Source of the DNA: Eubacteriales bacterium
GTDB taxonomy: Bacteria > Bacillota > Clostridia > Peptostreptococcales > Anaerovoracaceae
Length of the DNA: 64,000 nucleotides
NCBI GenBank assembly: GCA_028704515.1
Contig: JAQWFH010000001.1
Location: 6,769 to 70,768, forward strand
Direction of reading: 5' to 3'
In this document: positions 49,773 to 59,086 of the stretch, piece by piece
Layout of the letters: each line of letters opens with the position of its first letter
Position numbering within the stretch: the stretch's first letter is position 1
Notes under the pieces: model-generated
What the model was told of the DNA's origin: nothing
What the model saw: the letters and a program-made list of their open reading frames with translations, nothing else
Databases searched by the model: none
Program-made: the position numbers and the translations under genes

Positions 49773-51200
49773 ATGCAAAATACGTTTTACAGCATGACAC
49801 CGCGCGAAATTGTGGAACAGCTTGACAAATATATCATCGGACAGGATAACGCAAAAAAATCCGTTGCGATTGCGCTTAGAAATCGATACAGGAGAAGTCT
49901 GCTTCCTGAGGAAATGAAGGAAGAGGTAACGCCTAAGAACATTCTTATGATGGGACCTACCGGCGTAGGAAAAACAGAAATAGCAAGAAGACTCGCAAAG
50001 CTTATGGATGCTCCGTTTGTAAAGGTGGAGGCAACAAAGTTTACTGAAGTAGGTTATGTGGGGAGAGATGTAGACTCTATGATAAGGGACCTTGTAGAGG
50101 CTGCAATGCGCATAACGAAAGAAAAGATGCTGGCACAAAAGTACTCTATTGCAGATGAAATAGTAGAGGAAAAAATTCTCCAAGCCATAATCCCGGGGAA
50201 AAAGAAGATGTCCGGGGGCTCAAACGTAAGAGGCCCTTTTGATTTTATTATGGGCGGAATTTCGGGCAACAGCCAGAAGCAAGAATTTGAAAAAATGCAG
50301 TCCGAAGGAAGAGAAGAAGCCGATGTGGAATATGCAAGGGAGCAGGTTCGCCAACAACTGAGAGACGGATTGCTTGAAGACCAATATATAGAAATTGAAG
50401 TCGTAGCTCAGACAAAGGGAAACAGTCTGGATATGAGCAATGAAGGTATGGGAATTGCCATAGGAAATATTTTTGGCGATATGATGCCTCCAAAGAAAAA
50501 AAAGAAAAACGTAAGGGTAAAGGATGCCAGGCGAATTCTTCGTGAGCAAGAAGCCCAAGATCTGCTTGATATGGATCAGGTAACCGATGAGGCCCTCATG
50601 AATGCAGAGCAAAACGGCATAATATTCATAGATGAAATAGACAAGATTGCATCCGGGAGCGGGTATAGATCGGGCGCAGATGTGTCAAGAGAAGGTGTAC
50701 AGAGAGACATTCTGCCTATAGTTGAGGGTAGCGTGGTGAATACAAAGTATGGACCGGTAAAGACCGATCACATACTTTTCATAGGTGCCGGAGCCTTTCA
50801 TACAGCAAAGCCTACAGACCTTATTCCTGAGCTTCAGGGAAGATTTCCTATAAGAGTAGAGCTCGAAAACTTGACAAAGGAATCGTTTGTGAGGATACTG
50901 ACTGTACCGGAAAATGCCCTTTTAAAACAGCATAAGGCTTTGATTGAAACAGAGGGCGTAAATATAGAATTTACGGATGATGCCGTGGAAGAGATAGCAA
51001 ACATGGCATTCTTGATGAATGAACAAACAGAAAACATAGGGGCAAGAAGGCTTCACACAATAATGGAGAAGCTACTTGAGGATATTTCCTTTAATATCCC
51101 TGATCGGGATGACAAGGAGATTACCATAACAAGCGAATATGTAAAGGAAAAATTCATAGAAAAAATACACGAAGAGGATTTAGATAAATTTATTCTGTAA
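49773..51200 (+). CDS. hslU: ATP-dependent protease ATPase subunit HslU (ClpY)
   Basis: TPREIV..LD.YIIGQ..AK, Walker [26 protein letters not shown]. Confidence 0.95.
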   Translation: MQNTFYSMTPREIVEQLDKYIIGQDNAKKSVAIALRNRYRRSLLPEEMKEEVTPKNILMMGPTGVGKTEIARRLAKLMDAPFVKVEATKFTEVGYVGRDVDSMIRDLVEAAMRITKEKMLAQKYSIADEIVEEKILQAIIPGKKKMSGGSNVRGPFDFIMGGISGNSQKQEFEKMQSEGREEADVEYAREQVRQQLRDGLLEDQYIEIEVVAQTKGNSLDMSNEGMGIAIGNIFGDMMPPKKKKKNVRVKDARRILREQEAQDLLDMDQVTDEALMNAEQNGIIFIDEIDKIASGSGYRSGADVSREGVQRDILPIVEGSVVNTKYGPVKTDHILFIGAGAFHTAKPTDLIPELQGRFPIRVELENLTKESFVRILTVPENALLKQHKALIETEGVNIEFTDDAVEEIANMAFLMNEQTENIGARRLHTIMEKLLEDISFNIPDRDDKEITITSEYVKEKFIEKIHEEDLDKFIL

Positions 51201-51238
51201 AAACAATCTGAATACCCTAACAAAGCTTACCTAGTGCC

Positions 51239-51253
51239 AATTTTTTGAATATT
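51239..51253. promoter_or_regulatory. CodY-box-like motif upstream of codY
   Basis: AATTTTTTGAATATT compared with the consensus AATTTTCWGAAAATT (2 mismatches). A weaker copy, AATTTTGTAATAATT, lies at 51314-51328 (3 mismatches). Confidence 0.4.
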
Positions 51254-51266
51254 AAAAAAATAATCA

Positions 51267-51295
51267 TTGATTTGCGATGCGTTAAATAGTATAAT
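51267..51295 (+). promoter_or_regulatory. SigA-type promoter for codY
   Basis: TTGATT - 17 nt - TATAAT. Confidence 0.55.
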
Positions 51296-51364
51296 TGCAA
51301 TAATGCGTTGTAAAATTTTGTAATAATTTGTATAAAGGTGAGCTGATAAAGGAGATATTATAAA

Positions 51365-52147
51365 ATGAGTAGTAAAGAATTACTTTCGAAAGTTAGAAGA
51401 CTAAATTGGCTTTTCCAAGAAAGCGGGACAGGCAAAACTTCATTTAATGATTTATGTGCTGTCTTGAGCGATTTGTTGGATTCCAATGTATATATAACAA
51501 CAAGAAAAGGAAAGATCCTCGGCGTTTACTATACGATAAAAGAGGACACATCTGTTGTTGAAAACCCTGTAACAGGGGAGCAAGAAGTGGAACACGAATT
51601 TAATAAAGTGTTAATGGAACTCGACAATACAGCGGTAAATCTGTCGAGCGAAGATGTAATTAAGATGTATGACTCCGAGTATATTCAGAAGGGTAAATAC
51701 CATACATTTATTCCGATTATCGGTGGAGGAGAAAGAAGGGGAACTCTTTTCCTAGCTCGATATTCCCCGGAATATACACACGAAGATATAGTTCTTGCGG
51801 AATACGGAGCAGCTGTAGCCGGGCTTGAAATACAAAACGCAAAAGTGCACGAATACGAAGACGAGTTAAGGGAAATAAGTGCCGTAAAGATGGCAATGGC
51901 AACACTTTCATACTCTGAGGTGGAAGCTGTGAATCAAATTTTTTCGGAATTGAAGGGCTACGAAGGTCTTCTTGTAGCAAGCAAGATAGCAGACAAATCC
52001 GGCATTACAAGGTCAGTAATCGTAAATGCGCTTAGAAAGCTTGAGTCCGCCGGAATAATAGAGTCAAGATCTCTCGGCATGAAGGGAACTCACATAAAGA
52101 TAATTAACAAAAATCTAAAGGATCATCTTGAAAAGTCCGATTTTTAA
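51365..52147 (+). CDS. codY: GTP-sensing pleiotropic transcriptional repressor CodY
   Basis: 260 aa with a GAF-like N-terminal domain and a C-terminal wHTH (ASKIADKSGITRSVIVNALRKLESAGIIESRSLGMKGT). Canonical position after hslU. Confidence 0.95.
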   Translation: MSSKELLSKVRRLNWLFQESGTGKTSFNDLCAVLSDLLDSNVYITTRKGKILGVYYTIKEDTSVVENPVTGEQEVEHEFNKVLMELDNTAVNLSSEDVIKMYDSEYIQKGKYHTFIPIIGGGERRGTLFLARYSPEYTHEDIVLAEYGAAVAGLEIQNAKVHEYEDELREISAVKMAMATLSYSEVEAVNQIFSELKGYEGLLVASKIADKSGITRSVIVNALRKLESAGIIESRSLGMKGTHIKIINKNLKDHLEKSDF

Positions 52148-52162
52148 TATCTTGTAACATGG

Positions 52163-52199
52163 CACCTCTATCAATCATATGATGAATAGAGGTGTTTTT
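52163..52199 (+). terminator. Rho-independent terminator after codY; its 3' arm contains the yunB RBS
   Basis: CACCTCTAT - 14-nt loop - ATAGAGGTG followed by TTTTT. The ATG of yunB follows at 52200. Confidence 0.65.
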
Positions 52200-52877
52200 A
52201 TGAGCAAAAGGCGGTTTGGAAAGAAAAAGAGAAACATGTATAAGGCAATACCTGTGCTTATATGTGCAATGTTGCTTTATGCTTTGTTTTTATGGAATTT
52301 TACTATTTCTGCGAATATAGATGAAATCAGCTCAATAAAGACTAAAAGTATTATTCTGCAGACTACAAACAGTGTTGTAAGGAGCAAATTCTCCACCTAT
52401 GCCAGCACAGAGGATCTTCTTGTTATAAGAACGAACACGGCTGGGGAAATAGAGATGGTTCAAGCTAATACTTCCGCGATAAATTCAGTGCTGGGGCATC
52501 TCTCGCGAGACCTTCGACAAGAATACAGCACCATAGAGCCCATTAAAATGAGCATTAAGATAGGCTCTATTTTGGGCAATAAAATTCTTTCTCAAACGGG
52601 ACCGTCTATTAACCTTAAGGTACAACATCTTTCCGTTTCCTCTATAGATTTTAGAACGGAATTTGAATCACAAGGAATTAATCAGACAAAATATAAGGTA
52701 TATGCTATTTTTAACACTGAGGCTATTGTACTATCTCCTTTTTCTTCAAACAAAGTAGCTGTAAGCAATACGATACTTGTCGCTGAAACAGTAATTCTGG
52801 GCAGAGTACCGGAGAGCTATGTAAATGTACCATCGCAGGAGATATTGGACGGAATGGATAGCGGTATTGTTGATTAA
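52200..52877 (+). CDS. yunB: Sporulation protein YunB
   Basis: N-terminal basic segment plus a TM helix. The central/C-terminal pattern (IGSILGNKILSQTGPSINLKV...TEFESQGINQTKYKVY...LVAETVILGRVPESYVNVP) resembles YunB family proteins, recalled from memory. Confidence 0.7.
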   Translation: MSKRRFGKKKRNMYKAIPVLICAMLLYALFLWNFTISANIDEISSIKTKSIILQTTNSVVRSKFSTYASTEDLLVIRTNTAGEIEMVQANTSAINSVLGHLSRDLRQEYSTIEPIKMSIKIGSILGNKILSQTGPSINLKVQHLSVSSIDFRTEFESQGINQTKYKVYAIFNTEAIVLSPFSSNKVAVSNTILVAETVILGRVPESYVNVPSQEILDGMDSGIVD

Positions 52878-52923
52878 GCACAAATATGATATAATTAACG
52901 AAAGATTTTGAAAGTGGTGGCGT

Positions 52924-54207
52924 ATGATAAAATTTGGCGATAACAATGAAATAATAAGTGAGGAGAGCTACAGGACAATTCTTGTGGGCTTGCAACGCGG
53001 TAGCAACATAACCGATTCCATGGATGAACTTGAGGGTCTGGCTGAGGCTGTAAATGCGGAGGTCTTAGGCAGGATGGTTCAAAATCTTGAAAGACCTAAT
53101 TCCGCTACATTTATAGGAAAGGGAAAGGTCGAGGAATTGGCGGAAATGTGCGAGAATATGGAGGCAGACACAGCCATATTCAATGATGAGCTCTCGGGGA
53201 TGCAGATAAGAAACCTTGAAGATTCCTTGGGAGTACGTGTAATAGACAGAACGATATTGATCTTGGACATATTTGCTTCTCGTGCGACTTCAAGGGAAGG
53301 TAAGCTTCAGGTTGAACTTGCACAGCTGAAGTATAGAATGCCGAGACTTCTGGGATTTGGAAAAGCGCTTTCAAGGCTTGGAGGAGGCATAGGGACACGT
53401 GGGCCGGGAGAAAAGAAGCTCGAAACGGATAGGCGTCATATTGAACGGCGAATTGATGATATAAGGGCGGAACTTATTCAAATACAGGGAACGAGAAGAA
53501 CGCAAAGATCCAAGCGCGAGAAGGCGGAAATTCCTTTGATTGCAATTGTCGGATACACAAACTCGGGCAAATCCGCATTGATGAATAGGTTCCTTGAAAT
53601 TAACGAAAAGCAGGACAAGTCCGTATTTGAGAAGGACATGTTGTTCGCCACCCTTGATACGGCACAAAGAAGGATAAAGCTTGATTCAAACCATGAATTC
53701 ATTTTGATAGATACCGTAGGTTTTATCAGCAAGCTACCTCATGCGCTTGTGAACGCATTTAAGGCAACCCTTGATGAGGTCACATTTGCGGATTTGATTT
53801 TCCATGTCGCCGATGTCAGCAGTGAGGCTTGCGATTTCCACATAACGGTTACAAACAGAGTCCTCGATGAAATCGGTGCAGGCAAAGCACCTCAAGTACT
53901 CGTATACAATAAGATAGACAAACTTGCTGAAATTCCTATTACAGCAGGAGGAAAGGATAGCGTTTTCATTTCTGCAAAGTACGGTCATAATATTGACGAG
54001 CTAATAGAAATAATTAAGGAAAAGCTTTTTTTCGGTATGATAACAACCACATTACTTATACCTTATGAAAAAGGCAACATCTCATCATATTTACGCGAAA
54101 ATACAAAGGTTTTATCGGCCGAATACTTGGAGGAGGGAACTAAAATTATTGCGGAGCTTTCGGCGCCTGACTATAAACGGTTCTCCGAATATGAAATAGG
54201 GAAATAA
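52924..54207 (+). CDS. hflX: GTPase HflX
   Basis: HflX N-domain (DELSGMQIRNLE..LGVRVIDRT.LILDIFA.RA.S.EGKLQVELAQL.Y) and G motifs (GYTNSGKSAL, DTVGF, NKID). Confidence 0.9.
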   Translation: MIKFGDNNEIISEESYRTILVGLQRGSNITDSMDELEGLAEAVNAEVLGRMVQNLERPNSATFIGKGKVEELAEMCENMEADTAIFNDELSGMQIRNLEDSLGVRVIDRTILILDIFASRATSREGKLQVELAQLKYRMPRLLGFGKALSRLGGGIGTRGPGEKKLETDRRHIERRIDDIRAELIQIQGTRRTQRSKREKAEIPLIAIVGYTNSGKSALMNRFLEINEKQDKSVFEKDMLFATLDTAQRRIKLDSNHEFILIDTVGFISKLPHALVNAFKATLDEVTFADLIFHVADVSSEACDFHITVTNRVLDEIGAGKAPQVLVYNKIDKLAEIPITAGGKDSVFISAKYGHNIDELIEIIKEKLFFGMITTTLLIPYEKGNISSYLRENTKVLSAEYLEEGTKIIAELSAPDYKRFSEYEIGK

Positions 54208-54212
54208 TCAAT

Positions 54213-54848
54213 ATGATAAGATATAAAACTGTGATGAATGAGGCATGCGTAGAAAATATAATAGAAAGATCCAGATTCATATCACATGTAAAACCCATAG
54301 AGAAAAAGGAAGACGCAGACGATTTTATTGCGGAGATAAAGAGTAGATACAAGGATGCAACCCATAATGTTCCGGCGATTGTAATCGGCGAGAAGATGCA
54401 GATACAATGGGCGTCGGATGACGGTGAACCGCAGGGAACGGCAGGAGCTCCTATAGTGCAGATGATGGTAAAAGAGAACCTAACGAATATAGCAGTAGTG
54501 GTTACTCGCTATTTCGGAGGCATTAAGCTGGGAACGGGCGGCCTTGTGAGAGCGTACACGGGGAGTGCAAAGCTGGGAATTGAAGCCGCAGGTATATGCG
54601 AAGCACTGGACATGAATGTGCTCCGTGTTAACATGGATTATTCTTATCTTGCAAAGCTGCAGAGCCTTGCTTCAGCAAAGGATAGCAAATTTACCATACA
54701 AAATTTAGAGTACTCGGACAAAATAACAGCGGATGTTGTGGTGCAGCCTGAGGACAGGGCATATTTAATGGAAATGCTGCAAAACTTGACATCGGGGAGC
54801 TTGCAAATAATATCTGAAACAAATGAAATTGTAAAAATAGGAATATAA
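54213..54848 (+). CDS. yigZ: YigZ family (IMPACT/UPF0029) protein
   Basis: KSRFI.HV.P......FI..IK....DA.HNV.A...G.......SDDGEP.GTAG.PI pattern. Confidence 0.8.
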   Translation: MIRYKTVMNEACVENIIERSRFISHVKPIEKKEDADDFIAEIKSRYKDATHNVPAIVIGEKMQIQWASDDGEPQGTAGAPIVQMMVKENLTNIAVVVTRYFGGIKLGTGGLVRAYTGSAKLGIEAAGICEALDMNVLRVNMDYSYLAKLQSLASAKDSKFTIQNLEYSDKITADVVVQPEDRAYLMEMLQNLTSGSLQIISETNEIVKIGI

Positions 54849-54940
54849 TATATGAGAAATCAACCATATTCCGGAAATATTGACTTGATTTATTTAATGT
54901 GATAATCTTAATTAACTATTATCGATAGAAGGAAGAATTG

Positions 54941-56671
54941 ATGGAGAAAAATAAATTTAGAGAGAAGCCAAAGTTTGATAATATAAAGGATATTCTGTAC
55001 AATTCCGTAAAGCTGTATCCTGACCACACAGCATTTACTATAAAGGAAAAAATAGGCAAACAGGTAAGCTATAACAACATTACTTATTCAGGTCTGTTGA
55101 ATGATATAAATTGTCTGGGCGCGGCTCTTCATAACATCGGGCTGGGAGCTAAAAGGATAGCAATAATCGGCAAGAACAGGTACGAATGGGCCATATCTCA
55201 TTTGAGCTGTATGCTTGGCGGAATGGTTTCGGTGCCGCTCGATAAGGATTTACATATCGAAGAACTTGAAGAATCACTAATTCGAAGCAAGGCGGATGCA
55301 ATAATATTCGACGAGAAGCATAAGGAAGTTATTTTACAAATAAAGGAAAAAGGGAAAACGGCTCTTAAAGAGTTTTTTTGTATGGGAAAAGCGGAAGGCT
55401 TTACAGGAGTATCGGAGCTGGTAGAGAGGGGAGATGAGCTTCTCAAGCAGGGAGAACGTAGTTTTATCGATACAAAGCTGGATCCCAATGCGATGAGTAT
55501 ATTGTTGTTTACATCAGGAACCACATCAAAATCAAAGGCTGTAATGCTTTCGCAAAATGCAATCGCAATCAATGTGTATGATATGCTTATTGTCGAGACC
55601 TTTTTGGATACCGATGTAAATATAGCATTCCTGCCTTACCACCATATATTCGGATCTACGGCGATAATCGTAATGCTATCCGCCGGTGTGAAGACTGTTT
55701 TTCCGGATGGGCTTAAATATATAAAACAAAATCTGGTTGAATACAAGGTATCGGTATTTGTCGGGGTGCCGCTCTTGGTTGATAAGATATACTCCACAAT
55801 ACAGAAAGAAATAGAGAAGCAAGGAAAGACAAAGCTAATGGAGAGGGCTTTGAAAATCAGTAATTTCTTGATGAAATTCAATATTGATTTGAGAAAAAAA
55901 TTCTTTTCAAAAGTATGGGAGCAGCTTGGCGGTGAACTTAGAATGGTTGTTGCCGGTGGAGCCCCTTTAAGCAAGGAAACGGCAAGAGGCTTTAATGAGA
56001 TGGGAGTCCATCTTGTGCAGGGATATGGATTGACAGAGACAGCCCCTGTAATTGCGGCTGAAAATGACCGTTATGTTAGATACGGATCGGTTGGAATCCC
56101 TATGAGACATACAGAAGCCCAAATAAGCGGGCCGGATGAAAACGGCATAGGAGAGTTGAAGGTAAGGGGTCCGAATGTAATGCTCGGATATTATGAAAAT
56201 GAAGAAGCTACGAATGAAGTCATAAAGGACGGCTGGTTTTATACCGGTGACCTAGCATATTTCGATAAAGATGGGTATTTGTTTATAACAGGCAGGAAGA
56301 AAGACATGATTGTCATGAAAAATGGCAAGAAAGTATTCCCCGAGGAGCTTGAGGCACTTATTCTGAGGCACGATGAAATCGAGGATGCTTTTGTGTTCGG
56401 CGTACCGAGCAGAAAAGATGACGTCAGACTGGCGGTAAAGGTATTATTAAATGATGTTGAAATGAAGGAAAGATACGGTGAGATTTCAGACGAAGAAATT
56501 TATAAAATCATATGGGATAAGATAGAGTTGATAAACGAAACCCTTCCTCCGTATAAGAATATAAAGCGTTTGAATATTACAAAAGAACCGTTTATAAAAA
56601 CCACGACAATGAAGGTTAAAAGGCAAGAGGAACTCAGCAGGACTCTTAATCAGCTTAAAGCCAAAAGTTAA
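54941..56671 (+). CDS. AMP-dependent synthetase/ligase (long-chain-fatty-acid--CoA ligase-like)
   Basis: AMP-binding motif LLFTSGTTSKSKAVMLS, GYGLTET, YTGD, GRKKDMIV..NGKKVFPEE. Confidence 0.8.
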   Translation: MEKNKFREKPKFDNIKDILYNSVKLYPDHTAFTIKEKIGKQVSYNNITYSGLLNDINCLGAALHNIGLGAKRIAIIGKNRYEWAISHLSCMLGGMVSVPLDKDLHIEELEESLIRSKADAIIFDEKHKEVILQIKEKGKTALKEFFCMGKAEGFTGVSELVERGDELLKQGERSFIDTKLDPNAMSILLFTSGTTSKSKAVMLSQNAIAINVYDMLIVETFLDTDVNIAFLPYHHIFGSTAIIVMLSAGVKTVFPDGLKYIKQNLVEYKVSVFVGVPLLVDKIYSTIQKEIEKQGKTKLMERALKISNFLMKFNIDLRKKFFSKVWEQLGGELRMVVAGGAPLSKETARGFNEMGVHLVQGYGLTETAPVIAAENDRYVRYGSVGIPMRHTEAQISGPDENGIGELKVRGPNVMLGYYENEEATNEVIKDGWFYTGDLAYFDKDGYLFITGRKKDMIVMKNGKKVFPEELEALILRHDEIEDAFVFGVPSRKDDVRLAVKVLLNDVEMKERYGEISDEEIYKIIWDKIELINETLPPYKNIKRLNITKEPFIKTTTMKVKRQEELSRTLNQLKAKS

Positions 56672-56821
56672 AAGAATAATTAACCCCAAAGAATAAAAGG
56701 ATACTTAAAAAATACTTGCATTCTGATGGGATATTTAATAAAAATTGAATTATTGTTGAAAAATAAAGTGTTTAATATGTTTATTTTTTTGAAAAATTAA
56801 GACAATAAAGAAATAAATGAA

Positions 56822-56850
56822 TTGACTTTAAAACTTACGAATGCTACAAT
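56822..56850 (+). promoter_or_regulatory. Strong SigA-type promoter for the cold-shock gene
   Basis: TTGACT - 17 nt - TACAAT with a TGn extended -10 and an AT-rich UP-like region upstream. Confidence 0.65.
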
Positions 56851-56851
56851 G

Positions 56852-56940
56852 AAAATGTATTCTGACTGACTGATTTCGACTCATACATTTTTGTAAGTCA
56901 TTGGTTCGTATAATGGTTTACAAAAGTGTATGAGTTTTTT
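56852..56940 (+). promoter_or_regulatory. Structured csp 5' leader: terminator-like hairpin with a competing upstream helix
   Basis: 17-bp stem 56880-56896/56918-56934 (one G-U) followed by T6 (56935-56940). AAAATGTAT (56852-56860) is perfectly complementary to ATACATTTT (56883-56891) in the 5' arm. Confidence 0.55.
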
Positions 56941-56984
56941 AGGTAGTTGGTACAAATATTTAATATTTATGTGGAGGCACAACA

Positions 56985-57197
56985 ATGAACAACGGAACAG
57001 TAAAATGGTTTAACTCAGAGAAGGGCTATGGATTTATTTCTGACGATAACGGCGGAGACGATGTATTTGTACATTTCTCAGCAATCTCTTCAGACGGATT
57101 CAGAACTCTTACAGAAGGACAGAAGGTTACGTTTGAAACTGAGCAGGATCCTAAGAACAGCGCAAAAATGAGAGCTGTTAATGTAAATCCGCTATAG
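56985..57197 (+). CDS. csp: Cold-shock protein (CspA family)
   Basis: [15 protein letters not shown] (RNP1) and DVFVHFSAI (RNP2). Confidence 0.95.
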   Translation: MNNGTVKWFNSEKGYGFISDDNGGDDVFVHFSAISSDGFRTLTEGQKVTFETEQDPKNSAKMRAVNVNPL

Positions 57198-57274
57198 TAT
57201 AAAACCCTTTATGTAATCCCGGAGCAGTTAATCTGCTCCGGAAAGCATTTCTTTTAAGAACTAACAAAAAGAGG

Positions 57275-57303
57275 TTGACAATATCTTGGCAAGATGGTAA
57301 TAT
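57275..57303 (+). promoter_or_regulatory. SigA-type promoter for the tRNA cluster
   Basis: TTGACA - 17 nt - TAATAT with a TGn extended -10. Confidence 0.65.
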
Positions 57304-57335
57304 ATTTCTTGCGGTAAGAAATAGCTTTTTAATGT

Positions 57336-57412
57336 GGCGGTGTAGCTTAGTTGGCTAGAGCGTCCGGTTCATACCCGGAAGGTCGGTGGTTCGACTCCAC
57401 TCGCCGCTACCA
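57336..57412 (+). tRNA. tRNA-Met (CAU), elongator type
   Basis: Cloverleaf folded by eye. Anticodon loop TTCATAC, close to my recollection of Bacillus elongator tRNA-Met, CCA encoded. It lacks the initiator (3 G-C) and Ile2 signatures. Confidence 0.85.
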
Positions 57413-57420
57413 CATTATTT

Positions 57421-57496
57421 GGGCGTATAGCTCAGCTGGGAGAGCACCTGCCTTACAAGCAGGGGGTCATAGGTTCGAGCCCTATTACGCCCACCA
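57421..57496 (+). tRNA. tRNA-Val (UAC)
   Basis: Acceptor GGGCGTA/TACGCCC, anticodon stem CCTGC/GCAGG, loop CTTACAA, CCA encoded. Confidence 0.9.
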
Positions 57497-57502
57497 AATT
57501 GC

Positions 57503-57579
57503 GGTCCGGTAGTTCAGTTGGTTAGAATGCCAGCCTGTCACGCTGGAGGTCGACGGTTCGAGCCCGTTCCGGATCGCCA
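57503..57579 (+). tRNA. tRNA-Asp (GUC)
   Basis: GGTCCGGTAGTTCAGTTGGTTAGAATG..., anticodon loop CTGTCAC, CCA encoded. Confidence 0.9.
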
Positions 57580-57663
57580 TTTTTTAAATTCACACCAAAG
57601 CGATATGTAAGAATAAGTGAGTTTGGTCAAGTCTTGACCCGGCAAATATAATTAGACGAACAT

Positions 57664-57740
57664 GGTGGGTGTAGTCAAGTGGTTAAGACACAGGGTTGTG
57701 GCTCCTGCATGCGTGGGTTCGAATCCCATCACCCACCCCA
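57664..57740 (+). tRNA. tRNA-His (GUG) with encoded G-1
   Basis: The extra 5' G pairs with discriminator C. Anticodon loop TTGTGGC, CCA encoded. Confidence 0.9.
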
Positions 57741-57752
57741 TAAATATTATGT

Positions 57753-57827
57753 TGGGGTATAGCCAAGCGGTAAGGCAACGGATTCTGATTCCGTCATGCG
57801 AAGGTTCGAATCCTTCTACCCTAGCCA
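57753..57827 (+). tRNA. tRNA-Gln (CUG)
   Basis: TGGGGTATAGCCAAGCGGTAAGGCA..., anticodon stem ACGGA/TCCGT, loop TTCTGAT, CCA encoded. Confidence 0.85.
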
Positions 57828-57841
57828 ATTTTAATTAATAA

Positions 57842-57915
<74 letters not shown>

Positions 57916-57942
57916 TAACATCAATTAAATATTGATATAATG

Positions 57943-57977
57943 TAAAGTCACTGATTACAGTGACTTTAGCTGTTTTT
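57943..57977 (+). terminator. Rho-independent terminator of the tRNA cluster
   Basis: TAAAGTCACTG-ATTA-CAGTGACTTTA followed by GCTGTTTTT. Confidence 0.75.
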
Positions 57978-58171
57978 AAGAGTGAATTGATAAGGAAAAC
58001 CAAGTTAGGATTATTAGATGTTATAAAATAAGATTAACGTGTATAATAAAGTAAATTCCATGTTTTCGCAGGTTTGTGCTTAAAAGAGCCCATTGAATAG
58101 TTATTACTTAAACTTAGTTTTGAGATGTTTAAACAGTAGGAAACTTATTTTAGCAGGGGGGATGACGCGCC

Positions 58172-58999
58172 ATGAAGTTTGATATTGAATTAGTAGGAAA
58201 GATAGGATCAATGGCTTTAATTCGTGAAGCCGAACATGATATTGATTATAATGTTTTTAGTCGTATTGGTAGCGAACTACATCCCGGAACAATCTGGGTA
58301 AGCTCAGGAGCAGTGGAAATAGGGCGTTTAGATTATTTTAAACGAACAGGCTGCGAGTTAAAAGGTCCTAACAATGACATCATGACTGACTATTCAGCTC
58401 AGGGACAAGCAATACTGATGGAGGAATATAGGCGGTATATTCCATCAAAATATTCTGTTCGGCAGCTATTGGTGGAACATATGCATTTTAATGATCACGA
58501 AAAAAGAGAGCATATATATCAGTTCTTGATGCGTTGCGTAAAGCAGAATGCTATACCGATTATAAACTACAATGATACAGTTAGTTTCGAAGAAAACCGA
58601 CGTTGGGAATTAGAACAACTTCGCAGCAATGGTCAAAAGGGAATTGTGGAATGCATTGACAATGATGAGACGGCTTCGGTTATCTCTACGCTAGTCCATC
58701 CCAAATACTTACTTGTCCTTACCTCGGTGGATGGAATTTATATGGATCCAAAAGATTCATCCACATTGGTTAATCACGTAGAGGGTAAGAACGCAGACGA
58801 AGTTATTGCGCACATCGATGAATTACAAAGTCGTTGTTTTGGGGCGAGCCGATCCGGTGCCGGCGGCGCTAAAACTAAATTAGAATTTATCAAAGAACCA
58901 ATCCGGCAAGGGACGACTGTTATAATTGCAAATTCACGATATCGGATTTCAGATATTCTTTCTGACAACTGCCCACGGACTGTTTTTAGAACCAGGTGA
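58172..58999 (+). CDS. Amino-acid kinase family protein, glutamate-5-kinase (ProB)-like, no PUA domain
   Basis: Alignable by eye to ProB: VGKIGS..L, VSSGAVEIGR, IPIINYNDTVS, DNDETASVIS, LLVLTSVDGIY, GGAKTKL. It has an insertion of about 12 residues before the DND motif and no proA neighbour. Confidence 0.6.
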   Translation: MKFDIELVGKIGSMALIREAEHDIDYNVFSRIGSELHPGTIWVSSGAVEIGRLDYFKRTGCELKGPNNDIMTDYSAQGQAILMEEYRRYIPSKYSVRQLLVEHMHFNDHEKREHIYQFLMRCVKQNAIPIINYNDTVSFEENRRWELEQLRSNGQKGIVECIDNDETASVISTLVHPKYLLVLTSVDGIYMDPKDSSTLVNHVEGKNADEVIAHIDELQSRCFGASRSGAGGAKTKLEFIKEPIRQGTTVIIANSRYRISDILSDNCPRTVFRTR

Positions 59000-59051
59000 T
59001 AAGAGGTAATTCATATAATTTATGAGGGCCAATTCGAGTGGTTAGACATAC

Positions 59052-59082
59052 AAAAGGATACGCAAAGACGTATCCTTTTTTT
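59052..59082. terminator. Bidirectional terminator
   Basis: AAAGGATACG-CAAAGA-CGTATCCTTT flanked by an A-run and T7. Confidence 0.75.
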
Positions 59083-59086
59083 CGTT

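Noticed and set aside
57625-57639. Palindrome GGTCAAG-T-CTTGACC between tRNA-Asp and tRNA-His, considered as a CtsR-type or other operator
   Set aside because: CtsR boxes are direct heptad repeats, not inverted ones. The sequence overlaps a plausible internal promoter (TTGGTC-18-TATAAT, 57623-57652) and is probably just that, or a processing hairpin.
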